The notes: a model not told the origin generated them from the letters alone. DNA of 64,000 nucleotides from an uncultured Pseudomonadales bacterium (GCA_964398525.1 CAYNMS010000003.1:547-64546), one strand, 5' to 3'. Shown: positions 23,140 to 34,804, counted from the stretch's first letter. Numbers and translations: made by a program.

Positions 23140-24189
23140 ATGACTGATCGCCCCTTTGATGTTCTCTCTATCGGTACCGTTTACTTAGACATCAACTCGC
23201 CCAACTTTCCTTTCGAAACTGCTCTCGCCTCCGAAACCGAAACTGTCGGTGGCAGCTACATCCTCACTCCCGGCGGCTCTGCCATGAATCTTGCTCGAGT
23301 TGCCGCCTTCCTCGATCTCAAACCTATTTTTGTCGGTAAAATCGGCAACGATGTCTTAGGCAGCGTTCTTGAGGATTACATCAGAAAAAGTGGTATTACC
23401 CCGTCAATGATCAAATCCGGAGCCGTTCAAACCAATCTTGGTCTAAATTTCATCAACACCACCGGCAAAACAGTAATGGCTAGTGTGGGCACCGCCAATC
23501 AAGACCTTTCCGTTCAAGAAGTTATTGCTCAGTTAAATACCAACCTGCCTCAATCCAAATTTCTCTACCTTGGCGGCTACTTCAAACTCAAAAACCTTAC
23601 CAATCACTTCACCGAGATTGTCGCCCTAGCCAAACAACACGGCACCAAGATAATTCTCGATCACGGCCGTACCGGCAACATTGCCACCGGCGATGAACGA
23701 AACCAACTCATTACTCTTATTAGAGACGTAGATATATATTTGCCCTCCCTCGATGAACTTCTCGATGTCTGGCAAGCTCAAGATTTAAACTACGCTCTAG
23801 GTAAAGTTAGAAGCGTTACCAACGCTATTACCGTGGTCAAACAAGCCGAAAGAGGAGCCACTGGCTTAGTAGAACACCAATCGGTTTACATGCCGGCTTA
23901 TCCAGTTGCTACCATCAGCACCGTTGGGGCAGGGGACAGCTTTAACGCGGGCTTTATTAAAGCTCACCTTTCTGGCAAATCTTTAGAAGATTCTCTGCGT
24001 TTTGCCAATGCCACTGCCGCTTTGGCCATTTCCCAAAAAACTCTGCCTACTACCGAATTAGTCGAGACCTTTTTAAGATCTCAATCAAGCTCGGCTACAT
24101 CCACTCAATCGCCGCCTCAATCACCACCACCAGAATCTCAGCCCCCTCAAGACTCCCCACAACCAACTTTACCTGATAATTCCGCCTAA
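23140..24189 (+). CDS. PfkB-family carbohydrate/nucleoside kinase with PQ-rich C-terminal tail
   Basis: GAGDSFNAGFI motif; tail SPPQSPPPESQPPQDSPQP. Confidence 0.75.
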   Translation: MTDRPFDVLSIGTVYLDINSPNFPFETALASETETVGGSYILTPGGSAMNLARVAAFLDLKPIFVGKIGNDVLGSVLEDYIRKSGITPSMIKSGAVQTNLGLNFINTTGKTVMASVGTANQDLSVQEVIAQLNTNLPQSKFLYLGGYFKLKNLTNHFTEIVALAKQHGTKIILDHGRTGNIATGDERNQLITLIRDVDIYLPSLDELLDVWQAQDLNYALGKVRSVTNAITVVKQAERGATGLVEHQSVYMPAYPVATISTVGAGDSFNAGFIKAHLSGKSLEDSLRFANATAALAISQKTLPTTELVETFLRSQSSSATSTQSPPQSPPPESQPPQDSPQPTLPDNSA

Positions 24190-24206
24190 TTGTAATTTAC
24201 TCGCGC

Positions 24207-25301
24207 TTGAAAATGCTCCAAATCGATTTTTTTGGCTGGCTTCCCTCGGCCTTACAACCCTTTCTAATGCTCAGTTTCCTCGGCAATAATTTCCGGTCCT
24301 ATCTCTCAGCTTTAGCCATTTTTCTTTTAGCCACTGTTGCCATCAAGCTGCTCCAAAACCTTATCTTAGTTAAACTCCAATCATTGGCCAAAAAATCAAG
24401 TAACCAGTTTGACGACGCTGCCTTAACCATTATTCGCTCCTTTCACCCGCTTGTTTTTCATCTAATCGCTTTTTTCATCGCTTCACAATTTCTTCAGCTC
24501 CACCCATATGTTGACAACTTTTTGACAGGCCTTCTAATCATCGCTTTAGTCATCCAAGCCATCACTGCCGGCCAAATTGCCGTCGATCTGCTAATTGGCA
24601 ATTATCTCCTTTCTCATAAACCCCAAGACGACACCAAGTCTGCAATCTCAGCAATTAAAATCATTATAAAAATTATTCTCTGGACTTTTGGTTTTCTTCT
24701 CATTCTCTCCAATCTCGGCTTCGAAATCACCTCCTTACTGGCCGGCTTGGGAGTTGGAGGTATCGCCGTCGCCCTGGCTCTTCAAAACATTCTTTCTGAT
24801 CTTCTTAGTTCTTTTTCAATCTATTTCGACAAACCTTTTCAAGTAGGGGATTTCATTATCACCGGCAACCAAATGGGTGTTGTTGAAAAAATTGGAATCA
24901 AGACTACTCGCATTCGTGCTCTGCAAGGAGAGGAAGTTGTCATGCCCAATCAGCAGCTAACCAATACAACTATTCAAAACTTCAAAAAAATGCAAGAAAG
25001 ACGGATTGTTTTCTCATTTAGAGTAACTTATGAAACCAACCACTCTAAACTCAAGCAAATTCCTCAACTCATCAAAGACATCTTTAAATCTATGGATAAA
25101 GCCAGACTTGATCGGGTCCATTTCGCCTCTTTTGCAGATTCAGCTCTCATCTATGAAGTCGTCTATTATGTCGCAACTGGTGATTACAACACCTACATGG
25201 ACATCCAACAATCCATCAACCTCAACACCGTTGCCGTTTTTAATAAGCACGATATTCAATTTGCCTACCCGACCCAAACCCTCTATCTTCATCAAAATTA
25301 A
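24207..25301 (+). CDS. mechanosensitive ion channel (MscS family)
   Basis: TM helices then VGDFIITGNQMGVVEKIGIKTTRIRALQGEEVVMPNQQL beta-domain. Confidence 0.8.
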   Translation: MKMLQIDFFGWLPSALQPFLMLSFLGNNFRSYLSALAIFLLATVAIKLLQNLILVKLQSLAKKSSNQFDDAALTIIRSFHPLVFHLIAFFIASQFLQLHPYVDNFLTGLLIIALVIQAITAGQIAVDLLIGNYLLSHKPQDDTKSAISAIKIIIKIILWTFGFLLILSNLGFEITSLLAGLGVGGIAVALALQNILSDLLSSFSIYFDKPFQVGDFIITGNQMGVVEKIGIKTTRIRALQGEEVVMPNQQLTNTTIQNFKKMQERRIVFSFRVTYETNHSKLKQIPQLIKDIFKSMDKARLDRVHFASFADSALIYEVVYYVATGDYNTYMDIQQSINLNTVAVFNKHDIQFAYPTQTLYLHQN

Positions 25302-25486
25302 CTTCGTCTCTCATCTAGCCAATAGAGCCCGACTGCAAGCACCATCATTGTCGCTGCCCAACGAACTGGATGGGGATTAACCAACGGATTCACCATAAGA
25401 ATCCCCACAGCAGCTCCAGTTAATACTAGCGACCAGCACCAGAGGCAGCTAAAGCTTTTCTGGCTCGTGGTTTTTTTCTTTGCCAT
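25298..25486 (-). CDS. hypothetical small membrane protein
   Basis: 62 aa ORF with hydrophobic core immediately downstream of recombinase gene; weak. Confidence 0.2.
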   Translation of the reverse strand: MAKKKTTSQKSFSCLWCWSLVLTGAAVGILMVNPLVNPHPVRWAATMMVLAVGLYWLDERRS

Positions 25487-25536
25487 TTTGGCCTCCTTTC
25501 AAATTCAGTCTATCCCAAATTCTCACCTTTTGGCTA

Positions 25537-26481
25537 CTAGCTATTCTTATTTCCCGAATGAAATCTGTCATGAACTTTTTTCAGTTGAGGATTGGTCACA
25601 TGAGTGTACACTTGGGTTGTGGCTACATTTTTGTGCCCCAGCATCTCCTGAACTTCTCTCAAACCAGCCCCTTGCTGCAAAAGATCAGTGGCAAACGAGT
25701 GTCTCAGCCCATGAGGGGTTATCTCTACTGGCAGTTTAGCCAGTCGCCGATACTTTTTCACAATCCGCTGCACACTTCTGGCCGTCAGTCTCATATCCTC
25801 ACCCTTAGGCAGCCTAGGAGTCTTGTTTTTGGCATAACGAATAAATGCTGGCTGCCAATCATCCTCTCTTTCCTGAAAATAGCGTCGGAGCCATCCTGCC
25901 GCACGATCTGACAAAAAAACCACTCTGGCTCTGCCTCCCTTGCCAATAATTCCAAACTCTCTTGTCTCAAAATTTATTTTGTCACGATTCAGTTTAACCA
26001 ACTCCGACACTCTCAGTCCCGTTGAAAACAACACCTCTAAGATTGTCCTGTCCCTCAAGCCCGCTTCCTCATCAACATTGGGGGAATTAAGCAATGATTC
26101 CACTTGTTTACGGTTCAAAAACGACAATGACCGGCTCTCAGTTTTTGGCAAATCAATTTTCTCAGGTGCCAACACCTCCACATCATTTTTAGTTAACCAT
26201 TTTAAAAAAGATCTGATTGCGATCACATGATAGCTTTGAGTCACTTTGGCTAAATTTCCATTATATTCATCCTTATATCTGGACAGGTACAGTCTATACC
26301 CTCTGAGAGTATTCAAATCCAACTCTTCAATTTTTTTGTCAGAATCTTCTTTGTGAAACCACTCAGCAAATCTTTTCAAATAATGATGATAATTTCTAAT
26401 CGTTAGCCTACTGGCACTTTTCTCCACCTCCATATAATCCAAAAAATCTAAAATTAACTGATCTAACGATTTATTGTTCAT
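25537..26481 (-). CDS. tyrosine site-specific recombinase (XerC/XerD family)
   Basis: HGLRHSFATDLLQQGAGLREVQEMLGHKNVATTQVYTHV catalytic C-terminus; N-terminal SAM-like domain. Confidence 0.8.
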   Translation of the reverse strand: MNNKSLDQLILDFLDYMEVEKSASRLTIRNYHHYLKRFAEWFHKEDSDKKIEELDLNTLRGYRLYLSRYKDEYNGNLAKVTQSYHVIAIRSFLKWLTKNDVEVLAPEKIDLPKTESRSLSFLNRKQVESLLNSPNVDEEAGLRDRTILEVLFSTGLRVSELVKLNRDKINFETREFGIIGKGGRARVVFLSDRAAGWLRRYFQEREDDWQPAFIRYAKNKTPRLPKGEDMRLTARSVQRIVKKYRRLAKLPVEITPHGLRHSFATDLLQQGAGLREVQEMLGHKNVATTQVYTHVTNPQLKKVHDRFHSGNKNS

Positions 26482-26675
26482 TATTTCCTATCATTCCTTT
26501 CCAAATTATAGGTTGTTGGCACTTAATAAACCAAACTGATAACCAAGTGTACCTCTGGTCCTACCCGATATATCAATCAAATTAATTGCTAAATTATGAG
26601 TAATTTTGATACATTATGCTGTATTAGATATGTAGTAATTTAATCCGTGTCCCATAACTGAAGCTGACAATCGGG

Positions 26676-26712
26676 TAGGGGAGTGTAAAAAATATTTTAC
26701 TCTGTTAATCGA
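26676..26712 (+). repeat. degenerate direct repeat unit, TAGGGGAGT family, copy 1
   Basis: TAGGGGAGTGTAAAAAATATTTTACTCTGTTAATC. Confidence 0.5.
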
Positions 26713-26761
26713 TTGGTCTTTCAACTTTTCTAGCATAAACTTATTGGGTTACACAATCAAG

Positions 26762-26776
26762 ATTGTGCGACATAAG
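26762..26776 (+). repeat. 15-bp motif ATTGTGCGACATAAG (left copy of inverted pair)
   Basis: perfect reverse complement found at 28217-28231; near-copy at 27654-27668. Confidence 0.6.
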
Positions 26777-26897
26777 ATAAATAATTAAAAAAAGACCCTA
26801 AAAACAGATCAAAAAACTTTGCTTAATATCGATAGCAATTTAATCACCCTTACATTAACTACTTTCCTTTATCACAAAAAAACTTAAAAACTTAGAG

Positions 26898-26951
26898 TGG
26901 GGGAGTCAAACTAATTTTTTAACCCTGTCAGCCATCTAATTGAAATTAACC
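26898..26951 (+). repeat. degenerate direct repeat unit copy 2 (ends TTGAAATTAACC)
   Basis: TGGGGGAGTCAAACTAATTTTTTAACCCTGTCAGCCATCTAATTGAAATTAACC. Confidence 0.5.
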
Positions 26952-27000
26952 TTCACAATTATAAATTGAATTCAGATCAATACTTCATAAATCTTACCAA

Positions 27001-27040
27001 TAGGGGAGTAGAATTAATTATTTTACCCTTATCAATCCCC
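27001..27040 (+). repeat. degenerate direct repeat unit copy 3
   Basis: TAGGGGAGTAGAATTAATTATTTTACCCTTATCAATCC. Confidence 0.5.
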
Positions 27041-27491
27041 CGCCCAAGGAAACAATCGGGGGAGCGGTTCAGGTAATTTATGTCACTTACCATCCTCGCT
27101 CTGGCATCTCTACAACTTAACCGAAATCAACCCAAATATAAATATCTTCCTTGTTTAAATATCGTCAGAAATAAAAATTAATCATTATAAAAATAATATT
27201 TTAATCGTTAGAGATGAATAAAATTATTCTTATCACCAACTTGCCAGCTCAGTCGTCGTCTTTTGGTAGTTAATCATATTCCTGACTCAATTGGACGTCA
27301 AAATAGATATTCGCCCCTCTTCCAGGCTAAACAATTAGATACTACCAGATGTGACGCTTTCTAATGCCCCTAAAACGGTTTTTTTGGTCTCTCCCTATAC
27401 AGTTGGTCCACCAAATTAGCCTTTCATATCCGCTAAAACACTTTATAAATCTTTTTTTATTTAAATTTAAATAGTATCTTCGGGTTTATAT

Positions 27492-27510
27492 ACAAATTCA
27501 TAAAATTCAA
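27492..27510 (+). repeat. 19-bp direct repeat ACAAATTCATAAAATTCAA (second copy at 27721-27739)
   Basis: two identical copies 229 bp apart bracketing the third ATTGTGCG(T)CATAA site. Confidence 0.55.
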
Positions 27511-27525
27511 TTTCTTGCTTGTCGG

Positions 27526-27572
27526 TGGGGAAGTAAAAAAAATAAAATTAGGTTTAATTATTGAAATTAACC
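27526..27572 (+). repeat. degenerate direct repeat unit copy 4 (ends TTGAAATTAACC)
   Basis: TGGGGAAGTAAAAAAAATAAAATTAGGTTTAATTATTGAAATTAACC. Confidence 0.4.
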
Positions 27573-28216
27573 ATTTAAATATTTTGTGAAATTTTAAAAA
27601 ACGAAATAAATAGCACTTCTCCATAAACCTTGATTATGTGTCGCAAAAGATACATTGTGCGTCATAAACAATATACCTCTTTTCTACCCTACGATGGTTA
27701 ATTGGGGACAAATACTAGCAACAAATTCATAAAATTCAAAATTGATTGAATCTCTTTACTTTTCAAGATTTGTGCTTCAGCAAATTCACCACTTCTCCGG
27801 GACCAATAACTAAAATCATTTAAGCTCCATCCTCTCATCGATTGTTTCGGGTTTCTTACTTTCACAACCTTTCCCATACACATTTATGTAAGTTTTCCAC
27901 ACCATCACCCTCTCAAACTATATCATTTACTCAATAAATCTCACGTTGCCAATAAACAAATAACTATATCATTATGTATCACTAGACCTAGTTTTGGCAC
28001 CCCTACTCCCCTTTTGCCAGTAGCTTGTGAAAATTATTATAGGATTGTGTGAAAACTAATTGTTATAGGCTGTTTTCTTTTCCACTCCTCTACTTTCCCT
28101 TACCTCCCATTTTTTTCCTAAACTCCCCTGTCTTTATATTTCAACAAACTAAACCATCTATGAAAAATTCTTTTCTTTTAATACTCATTGTTCCTTCCAC
28201 CCCTTTACTCTTTTAC

Positions 28217-28231
28217 CTTATGTCGCACAAT
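28217..28231 (-). repeat. inverted copy CTTATGTCGCACAAT
   Basis: exact reverse complement of 26762-26776; flanks extend to about 18/19 matches. Confidence 0.6.
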
Positions 28232-28297
28232 ATCCATACTGCTCTACTCCAAGAATGACTAGTTAAAGGCCAGTTTTGCCTAATGAAATTCTAGGAT

Positions 28298-29071
28298 TTA
28301 CTTCCACTCAGTCAGTATCATCATCACCAAAAGTACAAACACCCCTACCCCCGCGTATTCCTTTAGCGTATTTTTAAACAATCTCTCTTGTAAATGATGT
28401 TGAAGTATCCCCAGTAGAACATACATGCCTGTCACCAAAAAGATGGAAGCTATCCATACTGTCACTGGCCAAAATGAAATTGCCAAAGCCATTTCGCTCA
28501 ACACAAAGGCCACCACTGCCGAATACATAATTACTTGCTTTGACAAAAATGGCTCCAGCTTGACCGACCACAAACCATTCAAGACCACTAAAAACGATAC
28601 TCCAAACACCATCACAGCGTTATAAAAAAACGGTAGTTTAAACGAATATATCGTGTTGTAAAAAAACAAACTTGTGACCAATGCCATCATAAAGCCTACC
28701 GCATGAGCCGCCCTCAAGAGTTGGATCGTGCGAATTGCCGCCACTGAATATATGTTGCCTGTCAAATACAATGCATACATCCCCAACCCAAATAAAAACA
28801 AAATTACTACCCGTGACAACCAAGCCTCCGGTAATAGAAAATAAAAAAGCGCCACACTTACAGCATAAAGACCAGGAAAAGGTACGATTACCAGCCATTC
28901 AATACCTTTCAAGTCTTCAAACAACGCCCAGGCTGACACAAAAAAAGAAGCTACAAACAATCCAATAATTGCCAAATATCTCCAGGGAAATTCTACCGTT
29001 ACCAGCTGAGTTGACAATAACCCTAATGATAAAAGTAGCGATGCCAAGACAAACTTTTGGCGTTTACTCAT
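28298..29071 (-). CDS. polytopic integral membrane protein, unknown function
   Basis: 257 aa, about 7 hydrophobic helices. Confidence 0.55.
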   Translation of the reverse strand: MSKRQKFVLASLLLSLGLLSTQLVTVEFPWRYLAIIGLFVASFFVSAWALFEDLKGIEWLVIVPFPGLYAVSVALFYFLLPEAWLSRVVILFLFGLGMYALYLTGNIYSVAAIRTIQLLRAAHAVGFMMALVTSLFFYNTIYSFKLPFFYNAVMVFGVSFLVVLNGLWSVKLEPFLSKQVIMYSAVVAFVLSEMALAISFWPVTVWIASIFLVTGMYVLLGILQHHLQERLFKNTLKEYAGVGVFVLLVMMILTEWK

Positions 29072-29077
29072 TTGCCA

Positions 29078-29620
29078 TTAACGAGGTAAATTAGTAAACA
29101 CTGCTTCAACATCTTCGTGGTCATCCAGTTTTTCGATCAACTTTTCCACTTGTCCCTTTGTTGAATCATCAACCGGAACCTCTATTTTTACATCGTAACC
29201 TTCTCCGTTCCTCTCAAACATAAACGCTACCGATCCCGGACCACCCAAAGATCCTCCAGACTTTTCAAATAAACCTTTAATTTCAGCCGCTGAGCGGTTG
29301 CGGTTATCAGTCAGAACCTTCACCATCATTCCTACTCCACCTGGTCCATAGCCTTCATATAAAATTTCTTCAACTTGTCCCCCACCCCCCTTGCCCAAAC
29401 CTTTATCAATCGCCTTTTGCACGTTTGCCTTTGGCATGTTTACTTCTCTGGCTTTTTCCAACACCATTCTCAGTCTCGGATTTTGATTTACGTCTCCACT
29501 CCCACCTTCCTTCACTGCCACTGATATCATTTTACTGATAAGTGAAAAGGCTTTACCTCTTTTGGCATCTTCTGCTGCTTTTTTGTGTTTAATCGTTGCC
29601 CATTTACTGTGACCGCTCAT
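29078..29620 (-). CDS. YebC/PmpR-family DNA-binding regulator (compact, 180 aa)
   Basis: MSGHSKWATIKHKKAAEDAKRGKAF N-terminus, YEGYGPGG. Confidence 0.85.
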   Translation of the reverse strand: MSGHSKWATIKHKKAAEDAKRGKAFSLISKMISVAVKEGGSGDVNQNPRLRMVLEKAREVNMPKANVQKAIDKGLGKGGGGQVEEILYEGYGPGGVGMMVKVLTDNRNRSAAEIKGLFEKSGGSLGGPGSVAFMFERNGEGYDVKIEVPVDDSTKGQVEKLIEKLDDHEDVEAVFTNLPR

Positions 29621-29752
29621 AATTACCTCATTTTTACTTGTCTATTTCACTCCCCATTTCTCGAGGATAACTCTGACACATTATAAACCTCTTGACACTA
29701 CCGATCAATCTCGTGTAAGTTCATCAAAAGCTATTACTAAATAAAATTCACC

Positions 29753-30454
29753 ATGGATCCACTTAAAGATCAAGCCATCAAAGCAGCCCTAAATCAAGAT
29801 TGGCCTCTTGCCATCGAAATCAATCATCAAATTCTTGCCAGTCAATCAGATATCCCTACTCTGAATCGATTAGGCTTTGCCTATATGCAGCTGGGCGATA
29901 CTCAAAAAGCCAAAGATGCATACAATCAAGTTTTAGAAATTGATAAATACAATCCCATTGCCACCAAAAGCCTGGAAAAGCTCAAACAATTCAAAGCCGA
30001 ACACGTCAACGGCCACACCAAACCTCAAAAATTTATTACGACCTTCATCGAAGAACCCGGCAAAACCAAGACCATTACTCTCGTACGTCCCGCCAATCAC
30101 GACATTCTCCTCACTCTAAACCCCGGCTTTCCGGTTACCCTCACCGGTAAAAAACACCGCGTGGTTGTAGAAACCGACACTGGCAAATATATCGGCTGTC
30201 TCCCCGATGACATCGGCCACAAACTTGGCCGGCTCATTGGCTTGGGTTATAGTTATCAGGCAATAATCAAATCCGCCAATCACAAATCAGTCAGTGTCTT
30301 CATCAAAGAAATTTCCCGTTCCAAAAAAGGCCGCAACCTACCTTCTTTTGGCGCTTCTTCTGCATCAATTTCTTCCCTACCTCAAACCGAACCACTAGAT
30401 GAAATTCCCATCGATTTTACCCCCACTGGCGAAGAAGACTCCGAAGATTCTTAA
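29753..30454 (+). CDS. TPR-repeat protein, unknown function
   Basis: LNRLGFAYMQLGDTQKAKDAYNQVLEIDKYNPIA TPR-like N-terminus. Confidence 0.5.
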   Translation: MDPLKDQAIKAALNQDWPLAIEINHQILASQSDIPTLNRLGFAYMQLGDTQKAKDAYNQVLEIDKYNPIATKSLEKLKQFKAEHVNGHTKPQKFITTFIEEPGKTKTITLVRPANHDILLTLNPGFPVTLTGKKHRVVVETDTGKYIGCLPDDIGHKLGRLIGLGYSYQAIIKSANHKSVSVFIKEISRSKKGRNLPSFGASSASISSLPQTEPLDEIPIDFTPTGEEDSEDS

Positions 30455-30456
30455 TC

Positions 30457-31440
30457 TTAAATCGTTTCCCCTGCATATCTCCACCAATCTTCACCCAAAA
30501 ATATCACCACGTCCCCCCTGTAGCGGTCTGTCGTCTTCTCATCAACCCCAATCTCCATTTGCATTAATTTATTTATCGGTGACAAATACTCTGTTTGCTC
30601 TGTCAAATCAGCCTTAACCACAATTTTGCTCTGCTCTAATTTTTCAGTTGTCTCGTCCGCACTAACCACATCATATCCTATTACCGCCAACCACTCTCCC
30701 GTTCTTCTTGCCAAACCTCGGTGAGATGTCGCATTCACTACAGCCACGCGTAGATTGGTTTTCTCCATCACGAAGGCATCTTGAATTATTTGAGACGACC
30801 ACATCCTAAGTTTTTCTTTATCGACCACTTTTTCCACCACCCCATCCCCCGCCAACCTCTCAATTACCATCCCTTCTTCTTCCAAAGCTACCATTTTGGG
30901 TGGTGCCAATTGCCCAGTAAGTACACGCCACAACCGCCACCTATCCCACCAATGCAACTCTCCCCTACCCCACAATATTTGGTTCTTTAAATATCCCGCC
31001 TCAGTCATTTTTTCCGGTCTTGCTTCATGAATCACTCCCACCATTGCTACACTCAACACCTGTTCCAAACTTCTCTCCACCAGTGAGGAATCCCCTTTTT
31101 GCTGCTGGGACAATTTTTCCACTGTCTTTGTAGGCATGTATCCAAACCCTTCTACTAAAGGTAACATCACTTCTGGTCCAATTTGGACTACCCCTACTTG
31201 CCCCCCTTCTTGAATCATTACCACTCCAATTCCTCCGTCTGTAGCCTGAACCAAAACCCCCGCCCGATTTTTTCCATTCCAGCTGTGCCCTCGCCAACTC
31301 CACCCCAGACTTGCCATCAACCCTAACACCAATACCAACACCAGCCAACCAATCCTTCTTGATCGATTCGATGTTCTAATCTTATCTCTAGCAAGCTTCC
31401 TTCTTTTTCTGGGCATTAATTCATTTTTACCTGAGACCAC
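30457..31440 (-). CDS. membrane-anchored LytR_C-domain protein
   Basis: N-terminal TM; C-terminal VAVVNATSHRGLARRTGEWLAVIGYDV resembles LytR C-terminal domain; Trp-rich middle. Confidence 0.45.
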   Translation of the reverse strand: MVSGKNELMPRKRRKLARDKIRTSNRSRRIGWLVLVLVLGLMASLGWSWRGHSWNGKNRAGVLVQATDGGIGVVMIQEGGQVGVVQIGPEVMLPLVEGFGYMPTKTVEKLSQQQKGDSSLVERSLEQVLSVAMVGVIHEARPEKMTEAGYLKNQILWGRGELHWWDRWRLWRVLTGQLAPPKMVALEEEGMVIERLAGDGVVEKVVDKEKLRMWSSQIIQDAFVMEKTNLRVAVVNATSHRGLARRTGEWLAVIGYDVVSADETTEKLEQSKIVVKADLTEQTEYLSPINKLMQMEIGVDEKTTDRYRGDVVIFLGEDWWRYAGETI

Positions 31441-31489
31441 CCGGGTTGCAAGTCTGGTTTCAATTTAATCCCTAGGTTATAATTTCCCT

Positions 31490-33536
<2,047 letters not shown>

Positions 33537-33559
<23 letters not shown>

Positions 33560-33977
33560 TCATTCCTCCTCTTTCTTTTGCAGTTATCAGTAGGATGGCA
33601 CCCGCTAGTAGCCACACATCCGCTACATTCCCCACCACATCAACATAAGGATAATAAATAAAATCCCATACCCCGCCCCAAACCAACCTATCAATTAAAT
33701 TTGATATTCCAGCTCCCAACACCAATCCCCACCCCCAAGCTTTTTTATCACTGGCTTTACTCTTGCTCATATAAAACCATAACCAAATTAAAGTCATAAT
33801 CATCAAACCTTCCCACCACCATGTCTCACCCGTCCCCAACACTCCCCCCTTATTCCACTGCCCCCAACCTTTCGACATAGTAAAGGCTTTTGTCAATCTG
33901 TCCGTTAACAGACTCAAGCTTAAGCCCAATCCCGCCGGATCAAGGGTCTTTAATGTCTTCGCTTTGAATTTGACCAT
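33537..33977 (-). CDS. lspA: lipoprotein signal peptidase II
   Basis: LVLGAGISNLIDRLVWGGVWDFIYY motif. Confidence 0.7.
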
Positions 33978-34804
33978 TGATCTCCTTTAATCCGTTGCCT
34001 AATACTCATTCCAAATTCTTCAAGTTCTTGACTAAATGACAATCCGCTCCTTAGATACAAACCCAGAGTTCCACCCACAATCAATCCAATTCTCTCCAAT
34101 AAATCCACGGGCACGCCTCCCACTCTTACACTGCTCTCCGAAACTATTTCCAGAATCAGTCCAATTACCCCCAAAGCAATTACATAAACGAAAGTTAAAA
34201 ACCCCTCTCTGGCGTCACCTTTTGAGCGCTGATACCAAATAAACTTTCTGTACCTACCTTCCAACCACCACAGCAAAAAAAACATATTCATCCACAACAT
34301 AAATCCATAAACTCCCACCGGATGGCGTTGCTCAAACACTCCGGGAAACCTGACACCCCAAGGCAATTGTGTCGCCGTCCCTACGTTTGAACCACTTAAA
34401 AACAACCCCAGGTGAAGCAGACTGTGTGCCAAAGCCAGTCCAATCATCATCAAATCCAAAACTTTAAACAAATTCCATTTCTTTTGCCTAACAAATTTTA
34501 TTACGGCCACCAATCCCCCCAGCATCAATCCTTCCCAAACCAAGCCTGGCTTTTGCCAAAACGCCAACCACTCCAACACATTCAAACCAAAATCACCAAA
34601 ATTTACCAAAACATACATAAGTCTGGCTACCAACAAAGCCCAAAAAACTCCAGTAAACACCAAGTCAATTGCTTCACCCTCGTCAAAATACTCCTCTCTG
34701 GCTCGCTTCCAAAAAACAAAAGTTGCCAACACAAACGCCAGCACCATCAATACTCCAAAACTATGAATTGAAACTGGTCCGATTCTCAGTACAAGTGGCA
34801 ACAT
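33950..34804 (-). CDS. lgt: prolipoprotein diacylglyceryl transferase
   Basis: polytopic membrane protein, Lgt-like N-terminus, operon with lspA. Confidence 0.7.
   Translation of the reverse strand: MLPLVLRIGPVSIHSFGVLMVLAFVLATFVFWKRAREEYFDEGEAIDLVFTGVFWALLVARLMYVLVNFGDFGLNVLEWLAFWQKPGLVWEGLMLGGLVAVIKFVRQKKWNLFKVLDLMMIGLALAHSLLHLGLFLSGSNVGTATQLPWGVRFPGVFEQRHPVGVYGFMLWMNMFFLLWWLEGRYRKFIWYQRSKGDAREGFLTFVYVIALGVIGLILEIVSESSVRVGGVPVDLLERIGLIVGGTLGLYLRSGLSFSQELEEFGMSIRQRIKGDQWSNSKRRH

Noticed and set aside
27698-28258. Two ORFs (61 and 69 aa) inside the island
   Set aside because: Proline/Leu/Phe-rich low-complexity translations of AT-rich DNA without start context. Treated as noncoding.
26482-28297. 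CRISPR array in the ORF-free island
   Set aside because: Repeat units are degenerate, irregularly spaced (about 100-525 bp) and not flanked by cas genes. This is not a CRISPR architecture.
26482-28297. tmRNA, RNase P RNA, SRP RNA or 6S RNA in the island
   Set aside because: I could not find the conserved boxes (tRNA-like GGTTCGA.TCC...CCA end, GGAAAGTCCGGGC, AGGGTGAAA, SRP domain IV GGAAGCAGCC) by eye. A covariance-model search would be needed to exclude them fully.
26482-28297. Chromosomal origin (oriC) with DnaA boxes
   Set aside because: No dnaA or dnaN nearby. Only weak one-mismatch matches to TTATCCACA (e.g. TTTTCCACA at about 27893). Cannot be decided without GC-skew of the whole genome.
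25537-28297. Intact integrated mobile element or prophage delimited by the recombinase
   Set aside because: No replication, structural, transposase or cargo genes. Only a Xer-like recombinase plus a noncoding island. At most a decayed remnant, or simply the native xer/dif locus.
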